64,000 nucleotides of DNA from Eledone cirrhosa (Eukaryota). The stretch covers positions 308,636,001 through 308,700,000 of the forward strand of contig OZ024741.1 of the NCBI GenBank assembly GCA_964016885.1, read 5' to 3'. The notes under the pieces are model-generated. The model was not told the DNA's origin. It worked only from the letters and a program-made list of their open reading frames with translations, and made no database searches. Positions 30,341-45,362 of the stretch are shown piece after piece. Both the position numbers and the translations under genes were made by a program. Within the stretch, counting starts at the first letter, position 1. Each line of letters starts with the position of its first letter.

Positions 30341-30934
30341 TTTCACTTATAATTCTTTCTTCTATGTTATAATGATGGTGGTTGTGTTGGTGGTGATGGT
30401 GGGTCTGTGGAGATAGGGTGCTTGTGGGAGGTTAAGGTTATGGTGGTGCTGGTGATTCCCATGGTGTTAGTGACAGTGATGTTGGTGGTGATCATGATGA
30501 TGGCAGAGTGGGGTGGTGGAGGTGGTGTGCTTGTGGGAGGTGAAGGTTATGGTGGTGCTGGTGATTCCGATGGTGTTAGTGACAGTCATGTTGGTGGTGA
30601 TGATGGTGGTGGGGGTGGTGGCAGTAGGATGTTTGTGAGGGTGAAGGTGGTGGTATGCTGATAATGTTGGTAGTGATGTTGATGCTGTTACTGGTGGTGA
30701 TGGGATGATATAGGCTTCAGCCGATTGTGAGTGATAGGCTCTGGATAATGTAACTGTAATACAATGTGATATATTTGGCAATGTAGTGGAGGGAGAGAAT
30801 AATTGTCTGGTGATGAAGGTGATTGTTAGGGGAGTATGGTAGATGTATGTATATATTTATGTGTGTGTGTGTGTAGTATATGTATGTATGTATATATTTA
30901 TGTGTGTTTGTGTGTGTGTATGTATATATATATA

Positions 30935-31330
30935 TGTAGTATGTATAAAAATATATGCAGTATGTATAAAAATATATACATTATATATAAAATATATGCA
31001 GTATGTATAAAAATATATACAGTATATATAAAATATATGCAGTATGTATAAAGATATATACAGTATATATAAAATATTTGCAGTATGTATAAAAATATAT
31101 ACAGTATATATAAAATATATGCAGCATGTATAAAAATATATACAGTATATATAAAATATTTGCAGTATGCATAAAAATATATACAGTATATAGAAAATAT
31201 ATGCAGTATGTATAAAAATATATATAGTATATATAAAATATATGCAGTATGTATAAAATATATGCAGTATGTATAAAAATAGATACAGTATATATAAAAT
31301 ATTTGCAGTATGTATAAAAATATATACAGT
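30935..31330. repeat. ~20/41-bp AT-rich minisatellite
   Basis: Alternating TATATACAGTATATATAAAA and TATATGCAGTATGTATAAAAA units. Confidence 0.9.
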
Positions 31331-31344
31331 ACATATATATATAT

Positions 31345-31690
31345 AGAAAAAAAGATGAAATCGAAAATGAAACTGGAGTCTTATTTTAAAAAAAATATAT
31401 ATATTTATTTGGTTCCTTTACCGGTTTCGCAGTTCTTCTGCTTTTCAAAAGTAGAGTTGAGATGGAGGGTCTGTGGTTTTTCTCACATCTGGTTGGTCTT
31501 TGAATGTTACTTGATTTATATGGAAAGAAGAACTGCGAAACCGGTAACAGGAACCAAATAATTATATATATATTTTTTTAAATAAGACTCCAGTTGCATT
31601 TTCGATTTCATCTTTTTTTCTTTATACTTTCACTCGTGTAGGACACCTCGGTTATTTTTCATTTTGTAAAAAAACCTCACTTTCTAAATA
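31345..31690 (+). mobile_element. Fold-back pLTR-like element truncated inside the hammerhead
   Basis: ~95-bp inverted arms (31345-31439 / 31526-31621) carrying CGAAACCGGTA (GAAA, palindromic stem III, UA), plus a tail to (TA)n. Confidence 0.7.
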
Positions 31691-31756
<66 letters not shown>

Positions 31757-32100
31757 CATTTAGACAGCTTAGCAAATCAAATATAGCGATCGGCAGTCCA
31801 GCCGCATCACTAGAGCAACGAAAATACAGGACTCAGGAAAAGATTTATATATATATATATTAGATATTAGTTTAACAATGAGGATAATAATGAAGGCAAG
31901 TTATTTTACACATTCATTACATTGTCTTATGATCGTTTCAGAGGGTTGATCATATTGATATATTAACTAATCTATACCAGTTAGAGAACTGTATACTATC
32001 ACTGAATTACTTGCCAACAGATTACATTGAGTTCTAACTATGGTATAGACCCTACCACAAAAGGTAGACTGCATTGAGTGTATATATATATATATATATA

Positions 32101-32348
32101 GAAGTGGTTACACAACAGTTAGTTCACCATACTGAGAACAATTGTTTCACCTTAGCGGATCTTCAGCATGTGCATGGGATGTGCATGGTTATAGGAACAA
32201 TGCACATCCCAAGCTGAAGATCCGCTAAGGTGAAACAATTGTTCTCGGTATGGTGAACTAACTGTTGTGTGTAACCACTTCTACCTAACTCGTCCCATGG
32301 ACTGAGTGCTCTACCACTACGGATATTACCTTCCAGTGTTCCACAACT
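32101..32348 (+). mobile_element. Fold-back hammerhead-bearing element
   Basis: Inverted arms 32101-32167 / 32213-32281, 3' hairpin at 32288-32307, (TA)n on both sides. Confidence 0.8.
32209..32248 (+). ncRNA. Minimal type I hammerhead ribozyme
   Basis: CCAAG-CUGAAGA-UCC GCUAA GGU-GAAA-CAAUUG (palindromic)-UU-CUCGG. Confidence 0.65.
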
Positions 32349-32667
32349 ATATATATATATATATATACTCAATGCAGTCTAGCTTTTTGTGGTAGGGTCT
32401 ATATATATATATACATTTATATATACACACATATACATATATATATATCAGTTCCCGTATGAGCAAGACAAGGTCAGCTGACTGGACATTGCCTACAACA
32501 GGACAACCCGTTTAACCCATGCTAGCGTTGAGGAACGGGCGTAAAACGGTGATGATGATGATGATATACATCTATGGGGGATATATGGATATATACATAT
32601 ATGTATTATGTAGTAATACGAATATATAAATATTACGAATATATATATATATTATATATGTAGTGTA

Positions 32668-32738
<71 letters not shown>

Positions 32739-32799
32739 TCACTGTTTTACGTCCATTCTTCCATGCTAGCATGGGTTATATATATATATTATATATGTA

Positions 32800-32842
<43 letters not shown>

Positions 32843-35212
32843 AGCACATTCACCACATCAACACCTCTGTTTAATCTCACACCAGCAGCAGAAATACCAG
32901 AATGATACACACATTGACCCTCTCGCAACCTTAGAACAGAGTTTACAGACAACTATCAAACCCTATTATAGAGTAGACAATATGGCACAATTAGCTGCAG
33001 TGTAAGTGGTTGAGTATTCTACAGATCTGTAGTATGAAAAAAATAGAGTAGAGGGTTCAAGGACCCAAGGCATCCATGTGAGGGCAGGTGATGGGAGTAT
33101 AAAACCAAAGAGTCACACAGGTTCCTCCATTCAATACAGCACTGAGCACAGTGCCCATGTAGATTTCTGAAACACCCATCCAGAATCTGTACCCTCTTTT
33201 CCACCCAGATCAAAAAGCTGAGAAATTGAAAGTCGATGTTTATGCTCAGACAAACTTAGGCAATGGTGTGTATTTTTGTGAACCAGATTTAATAAAGCAA
33301 GATGGTTGGATAAAATCCATGAGCTTGGCTGGTCTTGCTTGGGATACCAGCCGGATCAGTTAGAAACAGTTGCTCCTGACAAGACCCACTTTAACTTAAT
33401 TCTCAGACAGAATCAGCAAGACAGTACGCAACAATTCTTGACTTTTGAATTACAGCTACAATTTATTTGCCAGTTTTTTACACAGTTTCAATTTACAGAT
33501 TCCATGAGGTGCAAATGAGCCAGGACCTTGTGATTGCAAAGCAAACTTTCTTAACCACTCAGCCTTGCCCTGCATCCACATTGGATAATGTGATCCAGGA
33601 TGGAAAGAGAGCAATGATATGTTTTGGATCATAGGTCTGTTCGTTCAAGGCTGACCTGGAACTAAACAACAACCACAACATCAGCAAAAAACAACAATAA
33701 CAACAACAACCATCCAAGCTCTTATTACATGCCAAGGATGTCATTGATAAGAAAAATAAAGGGTGGTGGATTGGTAGTATTGTTAGAAGGATGGACAAAA
33801 TGCTTTGTGGTATTTTGTTCTGTTTTTTCACACTGAGTTCAAATCCCACCAAAGTCAAATTTCCTTTTATCCTTCCAAGGTGGCTAAAAAGTATCAGTCA
33901 CATACTAGGGGTTATTAAATTCACCTTCTCTACCTCAACAAATTGCTGGCCTTGTGGCTAAATTAAAAACCATTATTAACCAAAATAAAGGGTGGAAATT
34001 TAGTTGGTATTTCTATCAGATCAAGCAACAATGTCGAGGATGGGGGTTCCCCCTTCCCTACCTTCATTTGGAAAGCAATAGAGGCAACAAAAGTTCACCT
34101 AGCATTTTGACCTTTTCTTTGTTTCCTTCATGATAACTTAGAGGGAAGGGAACCTCTTCAATTATACTAAGTAGAAACAATTAACTACAATACACACATG
34201 TATGTATTTATGTATGCATATATATATATATATATATATTTATTTATATATATAGTATATATTTATTTTTTATATAGTATGTATATAGTGTATATATAGT
34301 ATAAATATATATATATTTGTCTCTCTCTATATATATATGTATATATATTTGTCTCTCTCTCTATATATATATATGCATATATATTTGTGTATATATATAC
34401 ATATGTTTTTGTGTGTGCATGCCTCTCTCTCTCTCTCTGCATGTGTATTGTCTATGTGTGCACATGTATATACACAGACACAGACATAGACACACACACA
34501 CATATATTATCATCATCAAGGGTTGGATGGACCATAACAGACCAAGCCAGTACTCAAGCATGACTTCTAAACTCTCAGATGGAGAAGGAGCTTGCATCTC
34601 ACTTACATACAGTTCTACACTCTACCAAACATTCAGAGGAGCCAATAATAAACATACACCTATCTCATTCTTGTAAATATCACTATAATCATCAAAAACA
34701 TCATGAAGGACCTACTACATGATTAGTTCATCTGCTATAAATAACAGCCAAACATCTCACTCAAATTGCACCCTGGACAATGTAGCCCTAAATATATAAA
34801 ACAAAAACAGGATTGTTATGGCTTTAATCATGATTATAATCATAGGGCTGTTAATTCAGGACTGACTGGGGGTTCTTTACTGTTTAATCTCATCTTGGCC
34901 ACAAACTCCAGGCATGTCGCCTGTGTTAACTATTAAGGACTTCAAGAGAAGAGGAGCACTAATTTATTCAAATTAGATAAATTTGGCATTCCCAACAAAA
35001 TATTTTTTGTTAACTTTACATATATAGGGTGCACCATAATGTTTTAAGGGCTAAGGGCATCAAAAGGAGTTAATTTGACCCTAGCTGCCTGTAATGCAAA
35101 GGAGCAAAAGATAACCAAATACCAGGATTTAACCAGTTGCTTAGAACTCAGAGCCTCAAAAGGATGTAATCTGGCCCTAGCTGCCTGTAATACAAATGAG
35201 CAGAAGGATATA

Positions 35213-35494
35213 CAGTGGAATATTGGTTCACAAACCTAATTCATTCCTGAAGGCTATTTGTCACCAGAAATGTTTGTAAACCAAAACTATATTCTGATAT
35301 GAAATGTTGAGGGAGAAATACAGATAGCTATCACCATAGTAACTAACTACACAACAAGCGATGCTTTCCTGCCAATACTCCAATATTGTTGCCAACCGTT
35401 GGTTGCTGGCTTGTGTGTTCGTTACTTGAGGCACTGTTCATGAATCGAGATATTTTATGTTTGGAAAAATTGTTCATGAACCGAGGTACCTCTG
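35213..35494. mobile_element. Tigger/pogo-type MITE
   Basis: TA|CAGTGGAATATTGGTTCACAAAC ... GTTCATGAACCGAGGTACCTCTG|TA imperfect TIRs with TA duplication. Confidence 0.75.
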
Positions 35495-36234
35495 TACTGC
35501 AATTTGACTGATCATTTCTTCTTCATGATGGGTGCCATTGAGTCCTTTGACACCCTCAGTCCCCAGACTGCCATTTTCCTCTGCAAAATTGAGAAAAGTG
35601 CATCACGCTTGAGAAAGGGGTTCTGCAAATTAGAATGGCTGATGTAGTAGGCATTACTGGCTATTCTTGGCAATAATGCTTTCACAATTTTCAGAACAGA
35701 GTGCAGCTGTGATATACCACTCAGCCAAGGCTGTAGAGTTGGCCCCCTCCATCAACCATTTCCTTCTTTATTATTAATTTTTTTCTTATTTCAGCTCCAG
35801 TTTATTTCTCTATTTTCTGTCTTACGGTTTATTATTCTAATTTTTCAAAATACTTTCATTATTGTATATTTTTGTTTGATAATATATCTTTTTATATCTA
35901 AAAAGGAAGCCAAAATGCAGTACCTATGACCTCTTTCCAGGTCCTTTAAGATTTGTGAGAAGGAAGCAGGAATGGACATACCTGCTAAAGGTACTAAAGG
36001 TCTAGCCAAATCAACAACCTCAATATACCACAATCATTACCACCTGCTACAGCAACAACTATATCCCCTCCCCACACACACACACACACAACAGCAAGCA
36101 CTATATGCCACCACCTGGCAAGTAAATTACACCCATTCACCCATCCCAACTGCTACCAATGGTTTACTGAATTTCTCTTGGGGTAAGGAATTGTGTAAAT
36201 ATGAAATTCTTTTTATATATATATATATGAAATC

Positions 36235-36271
<37 letters not shown>

Positions 36272-36610
36272 CCTTTATATATATATAAATTCCATCTTAT
36301 TCCATCTTGTTATATATATATATATGAAATCCTTTATATATATATAAATTCCATCTTATTCCATCTTGTTATATGTATATATATATATCTATATATATAT
36401 ATATACATATAACAAGAAGAAATAGGACAGAACAAAGGTAAAACATAAATAACAAAGGCAGTCACTGTAGGGGTCACAGAATGTGTGACAAAAGAGCTTT
36501 GACAATCAATGACTAAACAACCATCCAGTCAACTGGAGTTTGTAATAAATTTAAGTGAAATCTAACAGGTGCATGTATTTTTATTGTTAGTCTGACCCTA
36601 CCAAAGTATA

Positions 36611-36650
<40 letters not shown>

Positions 36651-36706
36651 CACACACAGATGCATATCCATATGTATATATATATATGGATATGCATCTG
36701 TGTGTG

Positions 36707-36776
<70 letters not shown>

Positions 36777-37659
36777 GCATATATACACATATCTACATAA
36801 ACACACACACACACACACTGATATATAACTGCCATTCTTTCCTTTCTTTCAAATTTTTGCTCAGCAATATCTGCCTTTCTTTCTCCTTTTCTTCCTTTCT
36901 TTCTCTCTTTCTCTCCAGAACATTCTCCACTCAGTCACAGACAATTAACAATTCTAACAATAGAATATTTGGCCAAAGAATTTAAAACAAAACTAAACAA
37001 AAAAAAACATGAAAACGTATTTTTGGATTGAGGTAGGAGGGGGTGGTGTACTGGGGTGCAGGGGAGAAGGTTCTTCATTGTTTTGGTTGTCTGTCTTTTT
37101 ATATAAGTCTTTCTTTCTCTCTTACTCTCTTGCATTCTTCCTCTTTCTCTCACTTTCTCTAGCTTTCATTGTTACTCTCTCTATATATCTCTTTTACTCT
37201 CTCTAGAGTTCATTGTTACTCTCTCTAGCTCTCATTCTTACTTTCTCTCTCTCTCTCTTATTCTCTCTACCTCCCTTTCTTCTCTCACTCTCTCTCTCTC
37301 TGTCTGTCTCTAGCTCTCATTCTTACCCTCTCTCTCTCTCTTTTACTCTCTCTAGCCCGTCCCACCCTTTACTCCCATTATCACACTCTCTCTTTCTCAC
37401 TTATCTACCTCCCCCACACTCATTCTTACTCTCTCTCTCTCTTACTCTATTTAGCCCCCCCCCTCTTACTCTCGTTTTTCGTTAGTTAATGTTGTGTTTT
37501 TGGGTTTTTTTTTTGTTGTAAATTCTTTCCTTAAATGCACATTGTCGACATTATCAACATCATCATCATCATTGCTAGCACCACCACCACCACCAACACA
37601 ATCATCACCATCACAAATATCATCATCCTCATAATCATCACCATTATTATCATCCCTTA

Positions 37660-37850
37660 TTGCGGTGAATTGGCAGTATCGGTAGAGGGTCGGACGCCAT
37701 GCTTTGACGCATAGAGTTATGGCCCTTGCCATTCTGAGTTCAAATCCCGCCGAGGTTAACTTTGCCTTTCATCCTTACGGGGTCGATAAAATAAAGTACC
37801 AGTAATGCACTGGGTAATTGCTGGCCTTGTGCCTAAAGTAGAAACAATTA
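37660..37850 (+). mobile_element. SINE family A (young copy)
   Basis: GCGGTGAATTGGCAGTATCGGTAGAG...GAGTTCAAATCCCGCCGAGG...CCTTTCATCCTTACGGGGTCGATAAAATAAAGTACCAG...GAAACAATTATT. Confidence 0.9.
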
Positions 37851-38011
37851 TTATTATCCCTATTATCATCATAATCAACATTACTCTGTACTATTATTAC
37901 TTTCATGTTAGATATATTGGGACCTTATGTCTAATCACATTTATATTTAATATATTAGTTGTTCTTCTTCTTATTGTTGCTGCTAGTGTCACTGATGTTT
38001 ATTATTATTAC

Positions 38012-38053
<42 letters not shown>

Positions 38054-38118
38054 ATAAAGAAAGCATTATTATTAATATGGCTGGCTTCATTTATGATTTC
38101 TTGGACAAACACATATAC

Positions 38119-38216
<98 letters not shown>

Positions 38217-38699
38217 GATACATACATAGATACATATACATACACATACATACTTATGCATACATATACATGCATACATATACATACATATACATGCATA
38301 CATTTACATACACACATAGATACACATATATACATATATATATATATATACATACATATACATACATACATATGCATATATACAGCATTACATATATTAT
38401 ATATATATTATACATACATTATATATATATATATGCATATATATATATATATATATATATTATACATACATTATATATATATATATATGCATATATATAT
38501 ATATATATATATTATACATATATTATATATATATATATATGCATATATATATATATATATTATACATATATTATATATATATATATATGCATATATATAT
38601 ATACATATATATATATATTATATATACATATATTGTTAATATATGTTATTAGAAATACTTATTATTGTTATCATCTGTAATATTGGCTCAAACCAAATA

Positions 38700-41300
38700 G
38701 CAATCATAACCACCACCATCAACATCTACCACTGCTATCATCATCATCACCAACCCCACCTCCACCATCATCACCATCCCCACCACCAGCACCAGCACCA
38801 CCATCAGCATCGCCACTACAACCACCATCATCATCACCACTACCACCACTACCACCACCATCATCATCACCACTACCACCACTACCACCACCATCATCAT
38901 CACCACTACCACCACCATCATCATCACCACTACCACCACCATCATCATCACCACTACCACCACCACCACCATCATCACCACTACCACCACCATCATCATC
39001 ACCACTACCACCACCATCATCATCACCACTACCATCACCATCATCATCACCACTACCACCACCACCACCATCATCACCACTACCACCATCATCATCATCA
39101 CCACTACCACCACCCACCACTACCACCACTACCACCACCATCATCATCACCACTACCACCACCACCACCATCATCACCACTACCACCACCATCATCATCA
39201 CCACTACCACCACCATCATCACCACTACCACCACCACCACCATCATCATCACCACTACCACCACCACCATCATCATCACCACTACCACCACCACCATCAT
39301 CATCACCACTACCACCACCATCATCATCACCACTACCACCACCATCATCACCACTACCACCACCACCACCATCATCACCACTACCACCACCATCATCATC
39401 ACCACTACCACCACCATCATCACCACTACCACCACCACCATCATCATCACCACTACCACCACCACCACCATCATCATCACCACTACCACCACCACCACCA
39501 TCATCACCACTACCACCACCATCATCACCACTACCACCACCACCACCATCATCACCACTACCACCACCACCACCATCATCATCACCACTACCACCACCAC
39601 CACCATCATCACCACTACCACCACCACCACCACCATCACCACTACCACCACCACCACCATCATCACCACTACCACCACCACCACCATCATCACCACTACC
39701 ACCACCACCACCATCATCACCACTACCACCACCACCATCATCACCACTACCACCACCACCACCATCATCACCACTACCACCACCATCATCATCACCACTA
39801 CCACCACCATCATCACCACTACCACCACCACCACCATCATCACCACTACCACCACCACCACCATCATCATCACCACTACCACCACCACCACCATCATCAT
39901 CACCACTACCACCACCACCATCATCACCACTACCACCACCACCACCATCATCACCACTACCACCACCATCATCATCACCACCACCACCACCATCATCATC
40001 ACCATTACCACCACCACCATCATCATCACCATTACCACCACCACCACCATCATCACCACTACCACCACCACCACCATCATCATCACCACTACCACCACCA
40101 CCATCATCATCACCATTACCACCACCACCACCATCATCACCACTACCACCACCACCACCATCATCACCACTACCACCATCATCATCATCATCACCACTAC
40201 CATCACCATCACCACTACCATCACCATCATCATCACCACTACCACCACCACCACCATCATCACCACTACCACCACCATCATCATCACCACTACCACCACC
40301 ACCACCATCATCACCACTACCACCACCACCACCATCATCATCGTCACCACTACCACCACCATCATCATCACCACTACCACCACCACCATCATCACCACTA
40401 CCACCACCATCATCATCACCACTACCACCACCATCATCATCACCACTACCATCACCATCATCGTCACCACTACCACCACCATCATCATCACCACTACCAC
40501 CACCACCATCATCACCACTACCACCACCATCATCATCACCACTACCACCACCATCATCATCACCACTACCATCACCACCATCATCACCACTACCACCACC
40601 ATCATCATCACCACTACCACCACCATCATCATCACCACTACCACCATCATCATCATCATCACCACTACCATCACCATCACCACTACCATCACCATCATCA
40701 TCACCACTACCACCACCATCATCATCACCACTACCATCACCATCATCATCACCACTACCACTACCACCATCATCATCACCACTACCACTACCATCACCAT
40801 CATCATCACCACTACCACCACCATCATCATCATCACCACTACCACCACCATCACCACTACCATCACCATCATCATCACCACTACCACCACCACCACCATC
40901 ATCACCACTACCACCACCATCATCATCACCACTACCACCACCATCACCACTACCACCACCATCATCATCACCACTACCACCACCACCACCATCATCACCA
41001 CTACCACCACCATCATCATCACCACTACCACCACCATCATCATCACCACTACCACCACCACCATCACCACTACCACCACCATCACTACTACCATCACCAT
41101 CATCATCACCACTACCACCACCATCATCATCACCACTACCATCACCATCATCATCACCACTACCACTACCACCATCATCATCACCACTACCATCACCATC
41201 ATCATCACCACTACCACCACCATCATCATCACCACTACCACCACCATCATCATCATCACCACTACCACCATCATCATCACCACTACCATCACCATCATCA
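38700..41300. repeat. 2.6-kb compound (CAC/CAT/CTA) trinucleotide array
   Basis: Units like CACCACTACCACCACCATCATCAT; open on both strands only because the codons lack stops. Confidence 0.95.
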
Positions 41301-41935
41301 TTAAAGGTGAGCTGTTCAGTGCATTCGATTCATGTATGCAAGCAGACTAGTTTTCCACAAACATTGCAACATACCCCCCCCCCCCCCACTCACACACATA
41401 CACACAAACAGTCTTGCATATTTACTCACACATATGCTTACCTCTATTTGCACATTAACACACATATCCATATGTACACACTTGCACAAACATTCACTGT
41501 AAACATTCACACACATACACACTGAATTCTATATTAAACAAACATTTATGTATGCATTCATATGCAGGTGTGGATGCATGCACGAATGCCTGCACTAAAG
41601 AGTCATGAGAAAAAGAAAAATGCACCAATGCACATGCACAATTATATGCATTCACAATTCCATAAATACACACACATATATATGTGTGTGTGTTTACATA
41701 ATCACATGCTCAATTACATAAAAAAAACACACACACACACACATACAAACACAACCACATAAACACACACACACATATTCTCAAATATACACAATCATAT
41801 CCACATGCATATTCATTCACATAATTACACCACACACACTGAATCACATACACATATATGCATTCACACACAAGTGCAAATAAGTCATCAAGTGCATTTT
41901 GATTTAAACCATATGCATTGTTTCTTTGGTGAAAG

Positions 41936-43958
41936 GTGAGGTTGGTTTTCTGGTTGGTATTTAGTTTAGTGTTGTGGTTGATGTTTAGCTTAGTGTTGTG
42001 GTTGGTGTTTAGATTAGTGTTGTGGTTGGTGTTTAGCTTAGTGTTGTGGTTGATGTTTAGCTTAGTGTTGTGGTTGGTGTTTAACTTAGTGTTGTGGTTG
42101 ATGTTTAGATTAGTGTTGTGGTTGGTGTTTAGATTAGTGTTGTGGTTGGTGTTTAGCTTAGTGTTGTGGTTGATGTTTAGCTTAGTGTTGTGATTGGTGT
42201 TTAACTTAGTGTTGTGGTTGATGTTTAGATTAGTGTTGTGGTTGGTGTTTAGCTTAGTGTTGTGGTTGGTGTTTAGCTTAGTGTTGTGGTTGGTGTTCAG
42301 CTTAGTGTTGTGGTTGGTGTTTAACTTAGTGTTGTGGTTGATGTTTAGATTAGTGTTGTGGTTGGTGTTTAGATTAGTGTTGTGGTTGGTGTTTAGCTTA
42401 GTGTTGTGGTTGGTGTTTAGCTTAGTGTTGTGGTTGGTGTTTAGCTTAATGTTGTGGTTGGTGTTTAGCTTAGTGTTGTAGTTGGTGTTTAGCTTAGTGT
42501 TGTGGTTGGTGTTTAGTTTAGTGTTGTGGTTGGTGTTTAGATTAGTGTTGTGGTTGGTGTTTAGCTTAGTGTTGTAGTTGGTGTTTAGCTTAGTGTTGTG
42601 GTTGGTGTTTAGCTTAGTATTGTGGTTGATGTTTAGATTAGTGTTGTGGTTGGTGTTTAGCTTAGTGTTGTAGTTGGTGTTTAGCTTAGTGTTGTGGTTG
42701 GTATTTAGATTAGTGTTGTGGTTGATGTTTAGATGAGTGTTGTGGTTGGTGTTTAGCTTAGTGTTGTAGTTAGTGTTTAGCTTAGTGTTGTGGTTGATGT
42801 TTAGATTAGTGTTATGGTTGGTGTTTAGCTTAGTGTTGTAGTTGGTGTTTAGCTTAGTGTTGTGGTTGGTGTTTAGCTTAGTGTTGTAGTTGGTGTTTAG
42901 CTTAGTGTTGTGGTTGGTGTTTAGCTTAGTGTTGTGGTTGGTGTTTAGCTAGTGTTGTGGTTGGTGTTTAGCTTAGTGTTGTGGTTGATGTTTAGCTTAG
43001 TGTTGTGGTTGGTGTTTAACTTAGTGTTGTGGTTGATGTTTAGATTAGTGTTGTGGTTGGTGTTTAGCTTAGTGTTGTGGTTGGTGTTTAGCTTAGTGTT
43101 GTAGTTGGTGTTTAGCTTAGTGTTGTGGTTGATGTTTAGATTAGTGTTGTGGTTGATGTTTAGATTAGTGTTGTGGTTGGTGTTTAGCTTAGTGTTGTAG
43201 TTGGTGTTTAGCTTAGTGTTGTGGTTGGTGTTTAGCTTAGTGTTGTGGTTGGTGTTTAGATTAGTGTTGTGGTTGGTGTTTAGATTAGTGTTGTGGTTGA
43301 TGTTTATATTAGTGTTCTGGTTGGTGTTTAGATTAGTGTTGTGGTTGATGTTTAGATTAGTGTAGTGGATGGTGTTTAACTTAGTGTTGTGGTTGGTGTT
43401 TAGATTAGTGTTGTGGTTGGTGTTTAGCTTAGTGTTGTGGTTGGTGTTTAGCTTAGTGTTGTAGTTGGTGTTTAGCTTAGTGTTGTGGTTGGTGTTTAGC
43501 TTAGTGTTGTGGTTGATGTTTAGATTAGTGTTGTGGTTGGTGTTTAGCTTAGTGTTGTAGTTGGTGTTTAGCTTAGTGTTGTGGTTGGTGTTTAACTTAG
43601 TGTTGTGGTTGGTGTTTAGCTCAGTGTTGTGGTTGGTGTTTAACTTGGTGTTGTGGTTGGTGTTTAGATTAGTGTTGTGGTTGGTGTATAGCTTAGTGTT
43701 GTGGTTGGTGTTTAGCTTAGTGTTGTGGTTGATGTTTAGCTTTAGTGTTTTGGTTGGTGTTTAGCTTAGTGTTGTGGTTGATGTTTAGCTTAGTGTTGTG
43801 GTTGGTGTTTAGCTTAGTGTTGTGGTTGGTGTTTGGCTTAGTGTTGTCGTTGATGTTTAGCTGAGTGTTGTGGTTGATGTTTAGCTTAGTGTTGTGGTTG
43901 GTGTTTAGCTTAGTGTTGTGGTTGGTGTTTAGATTAGTGTTGTGGTTTGTGTTTAGTC
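41936..43958. repeat. 24-bp tandem satellite (~84 units)
   Basis: Unit GTGTTGTGGTTG(G/A)TGTTTAG(C/A)TTA. Confidence 0.97.
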
Positions 43959-44171
43959 AGAGAACAGAATAGTTATAGGCAATTCATACATATAAAGGTA
44001 GTGAATCGTTAGGTGATAGCAGTAAAAATGCCTCACCATTTGTTCCAGTTCACTGCATGCATATGACTACATATGTGTGTATGTGTATGTATGCGTTTAT
44101 GTATGTCCTCCTCTAAGCGTGAATCTAATAAAACATTGTAGTTTTGACTCCCTGTGTTTGTTTTGTTTATC

Positions 44172-44212
<41 letters not shown>

Positions 44213-44459
44213 TGTGTGTGTGTGTGAGACAATATATACATGTCAATATAAGGTGAGGATTTGGGGCCCTGTCCCAGAAAAAATTAGGGTAAATTCAATG
44301 TAATAAATATCTGTATACCACATCTCATCCCATGAATTTAGTTATCTCTCCACTTTGGATATCCTTTTACACTATCCCTCTTCAGGTTTGAGTGCAGCAG
44401 ATTTCTTCCCGAGAAGGATAGAAAGTGAGAAAGAGATATAGAAGATATCCAACACACAA

Positions 44460-44506
<47 letters not shown>

Positions 44507-44509
44507 AAT

Positions 44510-44585
<76 letters not shown>

Positions 44586-44707
44586 ATGTATATATGTATA
44601 TATATTTAATTAGAAAGTGAACAACACAAAATATAACTACTTCATTACCAAAGGTTTCTGGATCCCAGACAATATTAATATACGTCTGGATCGGTCATCA
44701 TTACCTA

Positions 44708-44740
<33 letters not shown>

Positions 44741-44784
44741 CCATCATATTAAATAAATGGAAACTATATTTATAAAACCATATT

Positions 44785-44849
44785 TATTTTATTATATATA
44801 TTTCAAGGGCAACCAAGACAACATTGGTGCGCTTTCATCAGATAAAATA
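44785..44849 (-). ncRNA. Minimal type I hammerhead ribozyme in element 44745-44922
   Basis: UAUUUUAU-CUGAUGA-AAGcGCACCAA..UUGGuUGCcCUU-GAAA-UAUAUA-UA-AUAAAAUA; stem II differs from the 22619 and 61156 copies yet still pairs. Confidence 0.75.
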
Positions 44850-44941
44850 CAAAGTTTGTTTTATAAATAGAGACGTAACCATGAAAATTCTACCTTATCG
44901 GTTGGAAATTCACTGGATAGTCATATATATATATATATATA

Positions 44942-45180
44942 CACGTAAAATTCCGTTATAACGAATATCATTATAACGAATATTTTAGTATAATGAAATA
45001 TTTTTCAATCCCGAGGTAATAATATATGATTTGGAAGATGGACGGCAGATCCGCGGCGTGTACCAGACACACACGCACACAACTCGCGCAACAGTAAGGA
45101 CTAATAACGAACAAACGGTCGATCTCATTATAAAGAATTTTTCGTGTTAACGAATTTTTTTATATCACGGAATTTCACTG
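44942..45180. mobile_element. Tigger/pogo-type MITE
   Basis: TA|CACGTAAAATTCCGTTATAA ... TATATCACGGAATTTCACTG|TA with internal TTATAACGAA subterminal repeats. Confidence 0.7.
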
Positions 45181-45186
45181 TATTTA

Positions 45187-45280
45187 ATATATTGGGTCGT
45201 CAAGTATGAAATTTGTAGAAATTTTTTTTTTTTTTTCTTTACAAATTTCTACAAGTTTCATACTTGACGACCCAATATAT
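45187..45280. mobile_element. Short fold-back element (mariner-like TIR remnant)
   Basis: ~38-bp inverted arms ATATATTGGGTCGTCAAGTATGAAA(T/C)TTGTAGAAATTT around a poly-T spacer. Confidence 0.6.

Positions 45281-45362
<82 letters not shown>

Noticed and set aside
38643-41525. 960-aa His/Pro/Ser extensin-like ORF and the antisense 860-aa Met/Val ORF
   Set aside because: Pure trinucleotide array lacking stop codons on both strands; no unique domain
41936-43958. Hydrophobic LVLWLVFS-repeat membrane protein
   Set aside because: 24-bp satellite with scattered stops and frameshifts
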